From an uncultured Chloroflexia bacterium (lineage in GTDB: Bacteria; Chloroflexota; Limnocylindria; Limnocylindrales; CSP1-4): a stretch of 64,000 bases of DNA. Of the stretch, positions 1-9,717 are shown piece by piece. The position numbers and the translations under genes are program-made. Every line of letters begins with the position of its first letter. Within the stretch, counting starts at the first letter, position 1. Where the stretch lies: NCBI GenBank assembly GCA_963755285.1, contig CAVWJB010000001.1, positions 167,333 through 231,332 of the forward strand. The letters are read 5' to 3'. The notes beneath the pieces were generated by a model. The model was given only the letters and a program-made list of their open reading frames with translations. It had not been told where the DNA came from and did no database searches.

Positions 1-774
1 CAACCCCGCGTACACGCGCCGGGTGACGTTGGGCAGCGTCTGGAACGGCTCGCTGGCCTGGGTCGGGACGAGCTGGTCGTCGCCGCCATGGAACACGAGG
101 GTCGGGAGGTCCAGGCGACCGATCGATGCCCGGACGCGGCGCTGTGCCGCGAACCCGAACGCTCCGAGCCGAACCGTCGCACTCTGGGGACAGCCCGGAT
201 CGAGCTGGGCCAGACGACCCACCTCCGGGTCACGCGACAGGGCCTCGGGACCCCAGGCGTTCTTGAACGCCAGCCGCGGCACCACTCGGGCGAGGACCGG
301 CCCGACCATGTGCTGCCAGCGCGGGAGCCCGTCATCGAGGGCCGGCGAGGAGAGGACCAGGAGGTCCGGCGCCGGCCTGCGAGCGAGCACGTAGTCGGCG
401 CACAGGAGACCGCCCATCGAGTGGCCGAGCAGGACGACGGGTCGGCCGGCCGCGCCCGACCGAACGCCGGCCAGGATCATCGCCAGGTCGTCGAGGAGAT
501 CCGTCCAGCGTTCGACGTCGCCGCGGCGGCCGCCCGATCCGCCATGCCCACGAAGGTCGAAGGCGGAGACCTCGATCCCGGATCCGGCGAGCAGCCCGCC
601 GGTCCGTTCGTACCGGCCCGAGTGCTCGCCGAGGCCGTGGACCACCAGCAGCGCGGCCCATGGGTCGCCGGTCGGGGCCCAGCGGCGGACGAGCAGGCGC
701 GTCCCGTCGGCCGCGCGCTCGGTCGAGGTCGTCGAGCCAACGACCGGTTCGCTCGGCCGGACATCAGCCGTCAT
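1..774 (-). CDS. alpha/beta hydrolase (lysophospholipase / monoacylglycerol lipase-like); C-terminus lies beyond the left edge
   Basis: Absent from the ORF track because it has no stop in the window. My minus-strand translation from ATG (cat 772-774) gives MTADVRPSEPVVG..ALLVVHGLGEHSGRYERTGGLLAGSGIEVSAFDLRGHGGSGG..GRPVVLLGHSMGG. This shows the HG oxyanion motif and the GHSMG nucleophile elbow. Confidence 0.8.
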   Translation of the reverse strand, partial: MTADVRPSEPVVGSTTSTERAADGTRLLVRRWAPTGDPWAALLVVHGLGEHSGRYERTGGLLAGSGIEVSAFDLRGHGGSGGRRGDVERWTDLLDDLAMILAGVRSGAAGRPVVLLGHSMGGLLCADYVLARRPAPDLLVLSSPALDDGLPRWQHMVGPVLARVVPRLAFKNAWGPEALSRDPEVGRLAQLDPGCPQSATVRLGAFGFAAQRRVRASIGRLDLPTLVFHGGDDQLVPTQASEPFQTLPNVTRRVYAGL

Positions 775-866
775 GGACGATTCGGTTCCCATCCCGCGCC
801 TCCTTCGACCCGGAGGGGGCGTCGACGGCCATCGTCCGGAACGATCGCCTGATCATCGCGGCCGGG

Positions 867-2291
867 TCAAGCGCGGCCGAGCCCGGCGGACGGGCGGGTT
901 GCGGCGACGACGTCCGCCAGCCTGCGCATGCCCTCGTCGATCGCCCCGGTGGCGATCACCCCGTAGCCGAAGATGAGCCCGCCCGATCCGGACGGATCGA
1001 TCCGGCGGGAAGCGAGCCCGGACAGGCCGATGCCGGCCTCCATCGCGCGTCCCACGATCGACGCCTCGTCCAGGTCGGGCGGCAACCAGGCAAGGACGTG
1101 GAGCCCGGCCGACGCCCCGACCGGTCGAAGGTCCGGCAGGTGACGCTCGAGCGCGCCGAGCAGCTCGTCGCGACGCTGCCGGTAGATCGGTCGCATCCGA
1201 CGGAGGTGGCGGTCGAGCTCGCCACGCTCGACGAAATCGGCGAACGTAAGCTGCTCGAGCGCCGGCGAGCCGAGATCGGAGATCACCTTGGCGGCCGCGA
1301 TCGCGCTCCCGAGCCAGGTCGGAGCGACCAGCCAACCCAGTCGAAGACCGGGCGCCAGGATCTTGCTGGCCGAACCGGCGTAGACGACGCGGTCGGGACA
1401 CAGGCCCTGGATCGCGCCGATCGGCTCACGGTCATAACGGAACTCCGCGTCGTAGTCGTCCTCGACGATCAGTCCCCCTCGACCGGTGGCCCAGGCCGCC
1501 AGGGCTGCCCGTCGGTCGGGCGGCAGGACGCCACCGGTCGGATATTGGTGCGCGGCCGTGACCAGCACGGCATCGACGTCGGCGCCGGCCAGGAGGTCGA
1601 CCCGGATCCCGGCCTCGTCGACCGGGATTCCGATCGGTTCGAGACCGGCCGCCCGGATCGTGTCGCGGTACTCCGGGTCCGACGGATCCTCGACGGCCAT
1701 CTGCCGCGCCCCCGCTGCCACCAGGGCCTGGGCGACGAGCCGGATGCCCTGCGCGAATCCACTGCAGATCACGATGTCAGCCGGATCCGCGACCGTGCCT
1801 CGGACCCGGTTGAGGTAGCCCGCGATCGCCGATCGCAGCTCCGGCACCCCGCGTCCGTCGAGGTAGCCGAGCCGGTCGCTCGGCGCCCGATCGAGCACCC
1901 GTCGGATCGAGCGCAGCCAGGCGCTGCGCGGGAACTCGGACAGATCGGGCCGGGCCGGCCGGAAGTCGAACGCGTACCCGGTGACCGCGGTCTCAGGTGG
2001 TCGAGCCGCGGTCCCGACCGCCGTTCGGGCGACGCGGGTGACTCCGCCCGGGCGACTCACCAGGTAGCCCTCGGCGACGAGCTGCTCGTAGGACTCCACG
2101 ACGATCCCGCGCGAGACACCGACCTGCCGGGCCAGCGCCCGACTCGACGGGACGGCCGCCTCGGCCGCCAGCCGGCCGCTCCGGATGGCATCGCGCAGGC
2201 CGCGTTCGAGCTGGTGGTGGAGCGGCTCGGGGTCGTCGCGACTGAGCGGCAGGAGCAGCTCGATCTCCGAACTGGTCCTCATTCCTGGCAT
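867..2291 (-). CDS. MocR/PdxR-type regulator (GntR wHTH fused to PLP aminotransferase-like domain)
   Basis: Track ORF 867..2294. The N-terminal HHQLERGLRDAIRSGRL..PSSRALARQVGVSRGIVVESYEQLVAEGYL is a GntR HTH, followed by a ~350-aa aminotransferase-like fold. The ATG at 2291 is one codon inside the TTG at 2294. Confidence 0.9.
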   Translation of the reverse strand: MPGMRTSSEIELLLPLSRDDPEPLHHQLERGLRDAIRSGRLAAEAAVPSSRALARQVGVSRGIVVESYEQLVAEGYLVSRPGGVTRVARTAVGTAARPPETAVTGYAFDFRPARPDLSEFPRSAWLRSIRRVLDRAPSDRLGYLDGRGVPELRSAIAGYLNRVRGTVADPADIVICSGFAQGIRLVAQALVAAGARQMAVEDPSDPEYRDTIRAAGLEPIGIPVDEAGIRVDLLAGADVDAVLVTAAHQYPTGGVLPPDRRAALAAWATGRGGLIVEDDYDAEFRYDREPIGAIQGLCPDRVVYAGSASKILAPGLRLGWLVAPTWLGSAIAAAKVISDLGSPALEQLTFADFVERGELDRHLRRMRPIYRQRRDELLGALERHLPDLRPVGASAGLHVLAWLPPDLDEASIVGRAMEAGIGLSGLASRRIDPSGSGGLIFGYGVIATGAIDEGMRRLADVVAATRPSAGLGRA

Positions 2292-2316
2292 CAAACCGGA
2301 CCTTATCAGAGGACCG

Positions 2317-2359
2317 GTGACCTGTCACGCTTCGACTCGTCACGAACCGCATTTCGACT
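2317..2359. promoter_or_regulatory. candidate MocR operator: inverted repeat GTGAC-CT-GTCAC (2317-2328) plus TTCGACT direct repeat (2331-2337, 2353-2359; 22 bp apart)
   Basis: Read directly in the 76-bp, lower-GC divergent intergenic region between the MocR gene and the small ORF/PNPOx pair. Confidence 0.3.
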
Positions 2360-2370
2360 GGAGCCCGACG

Positions 2371-2511
2371 ATGGAAGGCCTGATACTGATTGTCATCGTG
2401 GTCGGTCTGCTGATGGCATTCGATGTCCTCGCGATGTGGCTCGGCGAGGATTCGCGCTCGCCGATGGGCGACGATCACGCCCGACCGGTGAACGGCTGGC
2501 CGCGGTGGTGA
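2371..2511 (+). CDS. 46-aa single-TM peptide (MEGLILIVIVVGLLMAFDVLAMWLGEDSRSPMGDDHARPVNGWPRW)
   Basis: ATG at 2371 is preceded by GGAG 8 nt upstream. The stop TGA (2509-2511) overlaps the GTG (2508-2510) of the next gene as GTGA, suggesting translational coupling. It lies in the frame of track ORF 2185..2511. Confidence 0.45.
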   Translation: MEGLILIVIVVGLLMAFDVLAMWLGEDSRSPMGDDHARPVNGWPRW

Positions 2512-2951
2512 CCTGGGCCGAGCTCGAGGCAGCCGCCCCGGATCTCGCGGCAGCCGGCCGGCGCCTCCTGTACCGGGGCGGCCACGGCCAGGCGCTGCTG
2601 GCGACGGTTCGCGGCGCCGAGCTGCCGCGGATCCATCCGATCACGGTCGGGATCGTCGACGGCCGGCTCTATGCGTTCATCCTTCGATCGGCCAAGCGGC
2701 TCGATCTCGAGCTCGACGGACGGTACGCCTTGCACACCCACCTGGACCCGCTCGCGCCGAGCGAGTTCGCCCTCCGTGGGCGGGCCGAGCTCGTCGAGGC
2801 CGAGCCGACCCGGTCGGGCGTTGCCAGCGACTGGTCGTTCGAGGTCGACGACAGCTACCGGCTGTTCGAGTTCTCGATCGAGTCGGCGTTGCTCGGCGTC
2901 CGGGACGGCCCCGACGAGTGGCCGCCACGCTACGCGTCCTGGTCGGCCTAG
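2508..2951 (+). CDS. pyridoxamine 5'-phosphate oxidase (PNPOx/PPOX) family protein
   Basis: These are the last 148 codons of track ORF 660..2951: VTWAELEAAAPDLAAAGRRLLY..LATVRGAELPRIHPITVGIVDGRLYAFILRSAKRLDLELDGRYALHTH. The rest of that ORF is antisense to the MocR gene. Confidence 0.7.
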   Translation: MTWAELEAAAPDLAAAGRRLLYRGGHGQALLATVRGAELPRIHPITVGIVDGRLYAFILRSAKRLDLELDGRYALHTHLDPLAPSEFALRGRAELVEAEPTRSGVASDWSFEVDDSYRLFEFSIESALLGVRDGPDEWPPRYASWSA

Positions 2952-3002
2952 CCGTTCGGCAGCCGGTATCCTGAACGCGAGTCAGGAGGTCCACAGAATC
3001 GC

Positions 3003-4037
3003 ATGGGGCTCGCGACGGGTGCCGAACGCTTCCTCGTGACCGGCGCCCTGGGCTGCATCGGCGCCTGGACGGTCCGAGCCCTCGCGCTCGAAGGCGTCCC
3101 GGTCGTCGCCTTCGACCTCGCGACCGACACCCGGCGTCTCGAGCTGATCGCGACCCCGGATGAGCTCCGCACGGTGACCCACGTCAAGGGCGACATCACC
3201 GACCTCGGGTCGATCGAGCGGGCGCTCGACGAGCATCGGATCACGAACGTCATCCACCTTGCGGCGCTTCAGGTCCCGGCCTGCCGGGCAGATCCACCGC
3301 TCGGTGCGCGGGTGAACGTTCTCGGAACGGTGAATGTGTTCGAGGCCGTCCGACGCCGGGCCGATCGGATGGCGCCGCTCGTGTACACCGGCTCGATCGG
3401 GATGTACGCGGCGACCGACGTCGACCCGGTCACCGGCCGGCTCGAGGCCGAGGCCGTCCCCCACCCGGCCAACCACTACGGCGTCTACAAGCTGGCCAAC
3501 GAGGGAACGGCGCGGATCTACTGGGCCGACCACGAGCTGGCGAGCGTCGGGCTCCGCCCGCTGACGGTCTACGGTCCCGGGCGCGACCAGGGGCTGACAA
3601 GCACCCCGACGAAGGCGATCGTCGCGGCCGTCCTCGGCCGGCCGTACCGGGTCTCGTTCGGCGGACGGACTGTGTTCCAGTACGCCAGGGACGTCGCCGA
3701 GACCCTGGTCATCGCGAGCCGCAGCGCGCTGCGGGGCGCCCACACGTTCAACCTCGGTGGCGACCCCGTGAGGCTGACCGAGTTCGTGGCGGCGATCGAC
3801 CGCGCGATTCCCGGTGCCGCCGAACGGATCACCGTTGCGGAGCCGGGCCTCCCGTTCCCCGAGGCGGTCTCGGCCGAGGCGCTGGGCGCCCTCGGGCCCG
3901 TGCCCGTCACGCCGCTCGACACGGGGATCCGCGAGACCGCTGAGCTGTTCCAGCGGCTCCACGCCCGTGGCGCCCTCAGCGCCGACGAGCAGGGTCTGGA
4001 GCCCGAGGCCACGCCGATTCGCGGCGGAGCCGACTGA
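3003..4037 (+). CDS. NAD-dependent epimerase/dehydratase (SDR family)
   Basis: FLVTGALGCIGAWTVRAL is a Rossmann motif and YGVYKLANE is a YxxxK catalytic motif. The ORF is a clean 344 aa. Confidence 0.9.
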   Translation: MGLATGAERFLVTGALGCIGAWTVRALALEGVPVVAFDLATDTRRLELIATPDELRTVTHVKGDITDLGSIERALDEHRITNVIHLAALQVPACRADPPLGARVNVLGTVNVFEAVRRRADRMAPLVYTGSIGMYAATDVDPVTGRLEAEAVPHPANHYGVYKLANEGTARIYWADHELASVGLRPLTVYGPGRDQGLTSTPTKAIVAAVLGRPYRVSFGGRTVFQYARDVAETLVIASRSALRGAHTFNLGGDPVRLTEFVAAIDRAIPGAAERITVAEPGLPFPEAVSAEALGALGPVPVTPLDTGIRETAELFQRLHARGALSADEQGLEPEATPIRGGAD

Positions 4038-4047
4038 CCGATCCGGC

Positions 4048-4250
4048 ATCAAGCTCGTCCCGGGCCCGTCCGGGGTCCGCGCGCAGGGGCTGACGATCGA
4101 TGGCCAATTGGTTGATGATCTCAGCCTCGGCGGTTCGGACCGGGTGCTTCACGTCCGGAACGCCCCGTCCCCTGGCGCCACGGCATCGCTCGCGATCGGC
4201 CGCGTCCTGGCCGAGCGGGCGATCGAGCGCTTCGATCTGACTGAGGAGAG
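4048..4250 (+). pseudogene. C-terminal remnant (~65 aa) of an FAD-dependent oxidoreductase (LhgO/DAO-like)
   Basis: The frame of track ORF 3814..5262 reads IKLVPGPSGVRAQGLTIDGQLVDDLSLGGSDRVLHVRNAPSPGATASLAIGRVLAERAIERFDL. No N-terminal FAD-binding part exists upstream, where the epimerase gene ends at 4037. It has an unusually low-GC3 codon run (CAA TTG GTT GAT GAT). Confidence 0.5.
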
Positions 4251-4252
4251 TC

Positions 4253-5215
4253 ATGGCAAGCACCGGACCGGTCCGCTGGGGGATCCTCGGCACGGGTGGC
4301 ATCACCCGGAAGCTCCTGGCCGGTGCCCGCCGCTCGACCGAGGTCAGCGTCGTGGCGGTCGGCAGCCGGACCACCGAGCGAGCCGCGGCCTACGCAGCGG
4401 AGCATGGGATCGAGCGGGTTCACGGCTCGTACGACGACCTGCTCGAGGACCCGCTCGTCGAGGCCGTCTACATCTCGCTGCCGAACTCGCTCCACCACCC
4501 ATGGACGATGCGGGCGCTCGCCGCCGGCAAGCACGTCCTGTGCGAGAAGCCGTACTCGCGCCGACCCGAGGAGGTCGTGCTGGCCTTCGACGCCGCGGAC
4601 CGGGCGGGGCTCGTCCTGTCGGAGGCGTTCATGTGGCGCCACCATCCGCAGGCCACCCGGATCGTCGAGCTCCTGCCCGAGCTCGGCGGGCTCCAGACGA
4701 TCTGGGCCACGTTCAACTTCGTGCTCGAAGGCGAGACCGACATCCGCCTGCGGGCCGACCTCGACGGGGGCTCCCTGATGGACGTCGGCTGCTACTGCGT
4801 CAGCGGGGCGCGGCTGCTGGCCGGCGAGGAGCCCGAGCTCGCCTTCGGGCTGAGCACCGTCGGTCCGAGTGGTGTCGATCTTCGGTTCAGCGGGCTGCTC
4901 CGCTTCCCGAGCGGGGTCGTCGCCGCGTTCACCTGCGGCTTCACCGCCGACCATCGTGGCCTCGAGGCGGTCGGACCGGCCGGCTCGGCCCTGCTGACCG
5001 ATGCCTGGCAGTCGATGCCGGCGACCCTCGTCCGCGACCGGGTCGAGACGCCGTTCGAGCCCGCCGACCCCTATCAGCTCGAGATCGAGGACGTCAGCGC
5101 CGCGATCCGTGGCCGGAAGACCGCCCGGCTCGGCCGGGCCGACGCGCTCGGTCAGGCCCGCACGATCGAGGCGCTCTATCGCTCGGCAGCCAGCGGAGCC
5201 CCCGTCCGCCTCTGA
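4253..5215 (+). CDS. Gfo/Idh/MocA family oxidoreductase
   Basis: VRWGILGTGGITRK N-terminal Rossmann motif, LCEKP motif, and GAGGAGAG RBS before the ATG. Confidence 0.9.
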   Translation: MASTGPVRWGILGTGGITRKLLAGARRSTEVSVVAVGSRTTERAAAYAAEHGIERVHGSYDDLLEDPLVEAVYISLPNSLHHPWTMRALAAGKHVLCEKPYSRRPEEVVLAFDAADRAGLVLSEAFMWRHHPQATRIVELLPELGGLQTIWATFNFVLEGETDIRLRADLDGGSLMDVGCYCVSGARLLAGEEPELAFGLSTVGPSGVDLRFSGLLRFPSGVVAAFTCGFTADHRGLEAVGPAGSALLTDAWQSMPATLVRDRVETPFEPADPYQLEIEDVSAAIRGRKTARLGRADALGQARTIEALYRSAASGAPVRL

Positions 5216-5245
5216 CGACGATCCCCGATCAGCCTGGCGGACGCT

Positions 5246-6517
5246 TCAGCTGGCCTCGCTGAGCGCGTCCGGCTGACTCCTCGTGGCCGGGGCCGGGCTG
5301 GCGAACCGGGCGTCGGCTGCCGCCTCCATCCGGCTCCAGGCGCGGACTCGCATCGACAATTCGAAGACGGCCAGGCGGTTCTTGCCCTGGGCCTTGGCCT
5401 CGTACATCGCGGCGTCGGCGTGGGCCAGCAGGTCGTCGGTGACCGCGTCCCGGCCCCCGGCGAGGGCGATGCCGATGCTCGCGCCCATCGTGATCGTCTG
5501 GCCGCCGATGTCGATCGGCCGGCGCAGCTCGACGAGGAGGCGCTCGGCCGAGGCGACCGCCTCGTCGACGCCGCGGACCCGGCTGAGCAGAACCGTGAAC
5601 TCGTCGCCGCCCTGGCGCGCCGCGACGTCGTCGGCTCGAATCGTGTCGGCCAGACGGCGGGCGATCTCGCCCAGGACCCGGTCGCCGGCTCGGTGTCCAT
5701 ACGAGTCGTTGATCACCTTGAAGTCGTCGAGGTCGACGAACAGCACCGCCGCGCTCGTCCGGCTTCGGCGCCGCCGGACGAGCGCGCGTTCCACGTGGTC
5801 GCGGAAGAGGATCCGGTTGGCGAGCCCGGTCAGCGGGTCGTGGAGCGCGTCATGGAGGAGCTGCGCCTCGAGCCGCTTGCGGTCCGTCGTGTCGACGAGG
5901 AGGCCCTGCGACATCGGACGCCCGCTGTTCGCCTCGGGCGGCATCGCGAACGCCTCGTCGCGGACCCAGATCTCGGTTCCGTCGGCGGCCACCATCCGGT
6001 ATTCGGCGCGGAGCGGCCGGCCGGTCGTCCAATGGTCCTTGTAGGCGGCGATCGCCATGCTCCGGTCGTCCGGATGGATGAGGCTCGGCCACAGCTCCGG
6101 GTCGCCGATGAACTCCTCCGGCTTGTAGCCGAGGATCCCCCGGATCTGGGGGCTCATGTAGGCCAGCCGGCCACCATCGGAGACGTCGCCGTCGGCCATG
6201 TCGATGTAGACCGCCGCCGGGACGTGCTCGACAAGGAGCCGATAGCGCGAGCCGGCCTCGGCGAGCTTGAGCTCGGTCCGCTCGAGGGCGACCTGCGTCC
6301 GTCGCGCAGCCGCCACGATCCTCGTCCGGTCGTGGACGAGCCGGAGCAGGCTGAGCGCCACGACGAGGGTGAGCCCGACGATGACCAGGTCGATCGTGTC
6401 GAGCAGGTCGAAGCTCGCCCCACCGGTCCAACGCGCTCCGAGCAGGAACGCGCCGATCGGCAGGACGACGACGGACAATCCGCCGAGCGCGAGCTTCAGG
6501 CGCGTGGACCGGTCCAC
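5246..6517 (-). CDS. membrane-anchored PAS-GGDEF diguanylate cyclase
   Basis: Two N-terminal TM helices, a PAS-like core, a GGDEFTVLL active site with RADD (RxxD I-site) five residues upstream. Confidence 0.9.
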   Translation of the reverse strand: MDRSTRLKLALGGLSVVVLPIGAFLLGARWTGGASFDLLDTIDLVIVGLTLVVALSLLRLVHDRTRIVAAARRTQVALERTELKLAEAGSRYRLLVEHVPAAVYIDMADGDVSDGGRLAYMSPQIRGILGYKPEEFIGDPELWPSLIHPDDRSMAIAAYKDHWTTGRPLRAEYRMVAADGTEIWVRDEAFAMPPEANSGRPMSQGLLVDTTDRKRLEAQLLHDALHDPLTGLANRILFRDHVERALVRRRRSRTSAAVLFVDLDDFKVINDSYGHRAGDRVLGEIARRLADTIRADDVAARQGGDEFTVLLSRVRGVDEAVASAERLLVELRRPIDIGGQTITMGASIGIALAGGRDAVTDDLLAHADAAMYEAKAQGKNRLAVFELSMRVRAWSRMEAAADARFASPAPATRSQPDALSEAS

Positions 6518-6623
6518 CCGGCGAGGCTACGGATGTTGGCGGAGGGCCGCCACCACCGAATCGGACCCCTACCGATAGGCCGCAGGTCAGGCCTCAGCCG
6601 CCGCGACCGCCGGCGGCCGCGAC

Positions 6624-7964
6624 CTACAGGATGCGTGGGAACCGCGGTCGGATGGGGCCGACGAGGTTGAGCGAGGTGTGGGCGTCGAGCGTGTCGAGCA
6701 GGAGCTTCGTGCCACCCAGCCCGAACCGGTTCGTGGCGAGGTAGTCGCGGATGCCCGCCCAGAACGCCGGGCCACCCATCCGTCGCCGGAGCGAGTCGAG
6801 GACCCGGCCGCCCTGGACGTAGACGATCTCGAAGTAGCAGCTCCTGGAATAGCCGTAGATCGACCGGTCCAGGCTGGCCGTCGCACAGCGGCTGGTCCGC
6901 CTCGTACCCGTGATGTACCGGGCCAGGAAGTCGGCCATCGCTTCGTCGGCGAACGGCTGGCGGGCCTGGTCGTTGCCGACGAGCGAGTAGAACCACTGGT
7001 GGGCCGTCTCGTGGCTGACGAGCCAGGGCAGCTGGCCGGAGGTCAGGCCGCGCGGGATCCAGATGAGCCCCGGCGATTCCATTCCCGAGCCGCCGCCGCT
7101 CTCCGCGACGGCGAACGTCGGGTACGGATAGCTGCCCATCAGGGCCTGGTAGCGACGAAGGGCCCGGACGGCGAGGCTCATCAACCGCGTCCCGTTGCCG
7201 CCGCGGAACGAATACACCCGGACCGAGACCGATCCGACCTTCTGGGTCCGGGCGGTCCACGATGGGCTCGCCGCGATGTTGAAGTCACGCACGTTCTCGG
7301 CGAGCCAGGTCGAGCTGAGCCCGGTCGTGGCGATCCGCCGTCCGCTCGTGGCCAGGCGCATCGTTCGGTCGGTCGTGATCCGGACCCGGACCGATGGGCT
7401 CGACACGGTCACGAACGGGTCGCCGTGGTTCGGCCGGTTGAACGGCGTCGCCCGGCTGATCCAGGGCAGCCAGCGGTAGAGCTGGATGACGCCATTGGCG
7501 CGGGTGAACAGCCAGTTCGAGCCGCTCAGCGTCCGCCGGGCAGTCGCGCCGTAGGCGATCCGGACGGTTGTCGTGGCGCCGTCGGGCAGGATCCCGCCGA
7601 GCGGCACGATCACGGTCTGGTCGCGGATCGTCGGCTTGGCCGCGACCCCGTCGACGGTCAGGCTCCGGATCCGGAGCCGGCCGAGGCGCGCGGCGATCGT
7701 GTTGAGCTCGAGCCGGTCGATCGGACCACCGGACGCGTTCGTGATCGCCATGGTCGACACGACCGAGATCGAGCCCGCGCCGTAGCGCAGCTTGAGCTGG
7801 ACGTCGTAGGTCGCCGACAGGGCGAGGCTCGTCCGGTTGACCACGCCGGGCACGATCGAGCCGGCCACGACGGGTGCGGCGAGCGCGCGCGGCGGCACCG
7901 ACGCCAGCTCGGCCGCGATGAGCGCAACGGCTGCCAGGGCCAGGATGATGGATCGAAGACGCAT
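6624..7964 (-). CDS. secreted M1-family (gluzincin) metallopeptidase
   Basis: Signal peptide MRLRSIILALAAVALIAAELASV. HETAHQWFYSLVGNDQARQPFADE matches HExxH plus a distal Glu. Confidence 0.85.
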   Translation of the reverse strand: MRLRSIILALAAVALIAAELASVPPRALAAPVVAGSIVPGVVNRTSLALSATYDVQLKLRYGAGSISVVSTMAITNASGGPIDRLELNTIAARLGRLRIRSLTVDGVAAKPTIRDQTVIVPLGGILPDGATTTVRIAYGATARRTLSGSNWLFTRANGVIQLYRWLPWISRATPFNRPNHGDPFVTVSSPSVRVRITTDRTMRLATSGRRIATTGLSSTWLAENVRDFNIAASPSWTARTQKVGSVSVRVYSFRGGNGTRLMSLAVRALRRYQALMGSYPYPTFAVAESGGGSGMESPGLIWIPRGLTSGQLPWLVSHETAHQWFYSLVGNDQARQPFADEAMADFLARYITGTRRTSRCATASLDRSIYGYSRSCYFEIVYVQGGRVLDSLRRRMGGPAFWAGIRDYLATNRFGLGGTKLLLDTLDAHTSLNLVGPIRPRFPRIL

Positions 7965-8035
7965 CGCCCGGCCAAGTCTGGCCGTTGCGGCCCGGCCCGT
8001 CCACCGCGAGCCCGCTCGACGGGCCAGACGAGGTC

Positions 8036-9391
8036 CTAGCCGCCGACCTCGGCCAGGCGGCGTGCCAGGAACTCCCGTTCGGCCTCGTTGCCGGCGAGCT
8101 CGTACGCCCGACGGTAGGCGAGTGACGCTTCGGCCCGACGGTCGAGCCGACGAAGCAGGTCCGCCCGGGCGGCATGGAGCAGGTGGTAGTCGTCGAGCTC
8201 GCCGCCCGCCTCGATCCCCGCGATGAGCTCGAGGCCACGGTCGGGGCCGTCGACCATCGCCACGGCCACGGCCCGATTGAGCTCGACGACCGGGGACGGG
8301 TCCATCGCCTCGAGCCGGTCGTAGAGCAGCGCGATCTGGGTCCAGTCGGTCTCGGCGGCGGACGGTGCCTCATCGTGGACCGCCGCGATCGCGGCCTGGA
8401 TCTGGTACGGGCCGGGTCTGCGCATCCGGAGCGCACGCTCGATCAGCCCCGCCCCTTCGTCGATCCGCCCACGATCCCAGCGCTTCCGATCCTGGTCCTC
8501 GAGGAGGATGAGCTCGCCGCGCGGACCGACCCGGGCCTCGCGTCGGGCGTCGTGGAGCAGCATCAGGGCAAGCAGCCCGATTGCCTCGGGCTCGTCGGGC
8601 ATGAGCTCGACGAGCACCCGCCCGAGCCGGATCGCCTCACCGCACAGCTCGCGCCGGACGAGGGCGTCACCCGACGACGCGGAATACCCCTCGTTGAAGA
8701 TCAGGTAGATCACCCGGAGGACGGCCTCGAGCCGTTCCGGCAGCAGGTGGTCGGGTGGCACCCGGTACGGGATCCCGGCGTCGCGGATCTTCTTCTTGGC
8801 CCGAACCAGCCGCTGGGCGAGCGTCGGCTCGGGAACCAGGAACGCCCGGGCGATCTCGGGGGTGGTCAGCCCGCCGAGGGTGCGCAGGGTGAGCGCGACC
8901 TGGGCCTCGATCGGCAGGGCCGGGTGGCAGCAGGTGAAGACGAGGCGCAGGCGATCGTCGCCGATCGGGCTCATCTCGTCCTCCGCTAGCGGTTCGACGG
9001 CGGCGAGCTCGGCCTCGATCTCGGCCTGGCGGCGGATCGCCGGGGCCTTCTCGGCCAGGACGCGTGCCCGTCGGAGCCGGTCGATCGCCCGGTTCCGGGC
9101 CGTGGTCATGATCCACGCCCCAGGGTTGGCCGGAAGTCCATCGCGCGGCCAGCGCTCGAGGGCGATGACGAACGCTTCCTGGACCGCTTCCTCGGCCAGG
9201 TCGAAGTCGCCGGTCAACCGGATCAGCGTCGCGACCGCCCGGCCTGACTCCTCGCGGAACAGGCGGTCGACGACGGTCCGGGCGTCACTGGGCGCTGGCA
9301 ACGGCCTCGGCAGTCGGCTCGGCGGCGAACTCGAACACCGGGCGGACCTCGATTGCCCCGTGCTTCGCCCCCGGGATGCGCGAGGCGGCAT
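8036..9391 (-). CDS. ECF sigma factor with long C-terminal helical/TPR-like extension (ECF42-like)
   Basis: Sigma regions 2 and 4 ([30 protein letters not shown]; [27 protein letters not shown]) are followed by a ~250-aa extension. The ATG at 9391 overlaps yciI by 107 nt, so the in-frame TTG at 9302 is a likelier start. Confidence 0.85.
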   Translation of the reverse strand: MPPRASRGRSTGQSRSARCSSSPPSRLPRPLPAPSDARTVVDRLFREESGRAVATLIRLTGDFDLAEEAVQEAFVIALERWPRDGLPANPGAWIMTTARNRAIDRLRRARVLAEKAPAIRRQAEIEAELAAVEPLAEDEMSPIGDDRLRLVFTCCHPALPIEAQVALTLRTLGGLTTPEIARAFLVPEPTLAQRLVRAKKKIRDAGIPYRVPPDHLLPERLEAVLRVIYLIFNEGYSASSGDALVRRELCGEAIRLGRVLVELMPDEPEAIGLLALMLLHDARREARVGPRGELILLEDQDRKRWDRGRIDEGAGLIERALRMRRPGPYQIQAAIAAVHDEAPSAAETDWTQIALLYDRLEAMDPSPVVELNRAVAVAMVDGPDRGLELIAGIEAGGELDDYHLLHAARADLLRRLDRRAEASLAYRRAYELAGNEAEREFLARRLAEVGG

Positions 9392-9668
9392 CGATCGCCT
9401 CGTCGAGGTTGGCGGCCTGGATCAGGTAGAACCCGCCGAGCGCTTCCTTGGTCTCGGCGTACGGACCGTCGGTGGCGAGCGTCTTCCCGTCGCGGACTCG
9501 AACGGTGGTAGCCGCGGACGTCGGGTGGAGCGCCTCGCCGGCTTCGAACATGCCCGTGTCACGCGTCCACTGGGTGAAGACGTCGTACGCCTTCATCTCG
9601 TCGTTCGTGCCCTGCTCGGGCATCGAGTCGGTCCGCTCGTCGGTGTAGATCAGCAGCAGGTAGCGCAT
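9285..9668 (-). CDS. YciI / DGPF-domain family protein
   Basis: [46 protein letters not shown] lies 5 nt before the ATG. Confidence 0.9.
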   Translation of the reverse strand: MRYLLLIYTDERTDSMPEQGTNDEMKAYDVFTQWTRDTGMFEAGEALHPTSAATTVRVRDGKTLATDGPYAETKEALGGFYLIQAANLDEAIDAASRIPGAKHGAIEVRPVFEFAAEPTAEAVASAQ

Positions 9669-9717
9669 CGGATCCTCCTGGCCATGACCGGCGGCACGGC
9701 GGCCGTCTCACCTTGAC

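Noticed and set aside
660-2951. 763-aa plus-strand ORF
   Set aside because: Most of it is antisense to the well-supported MocR gene and is Arg/Pro/Gly-rich, which is the typical high-GC shadow frame. Only the last 148 codons (2508-2951) look like a real protein.
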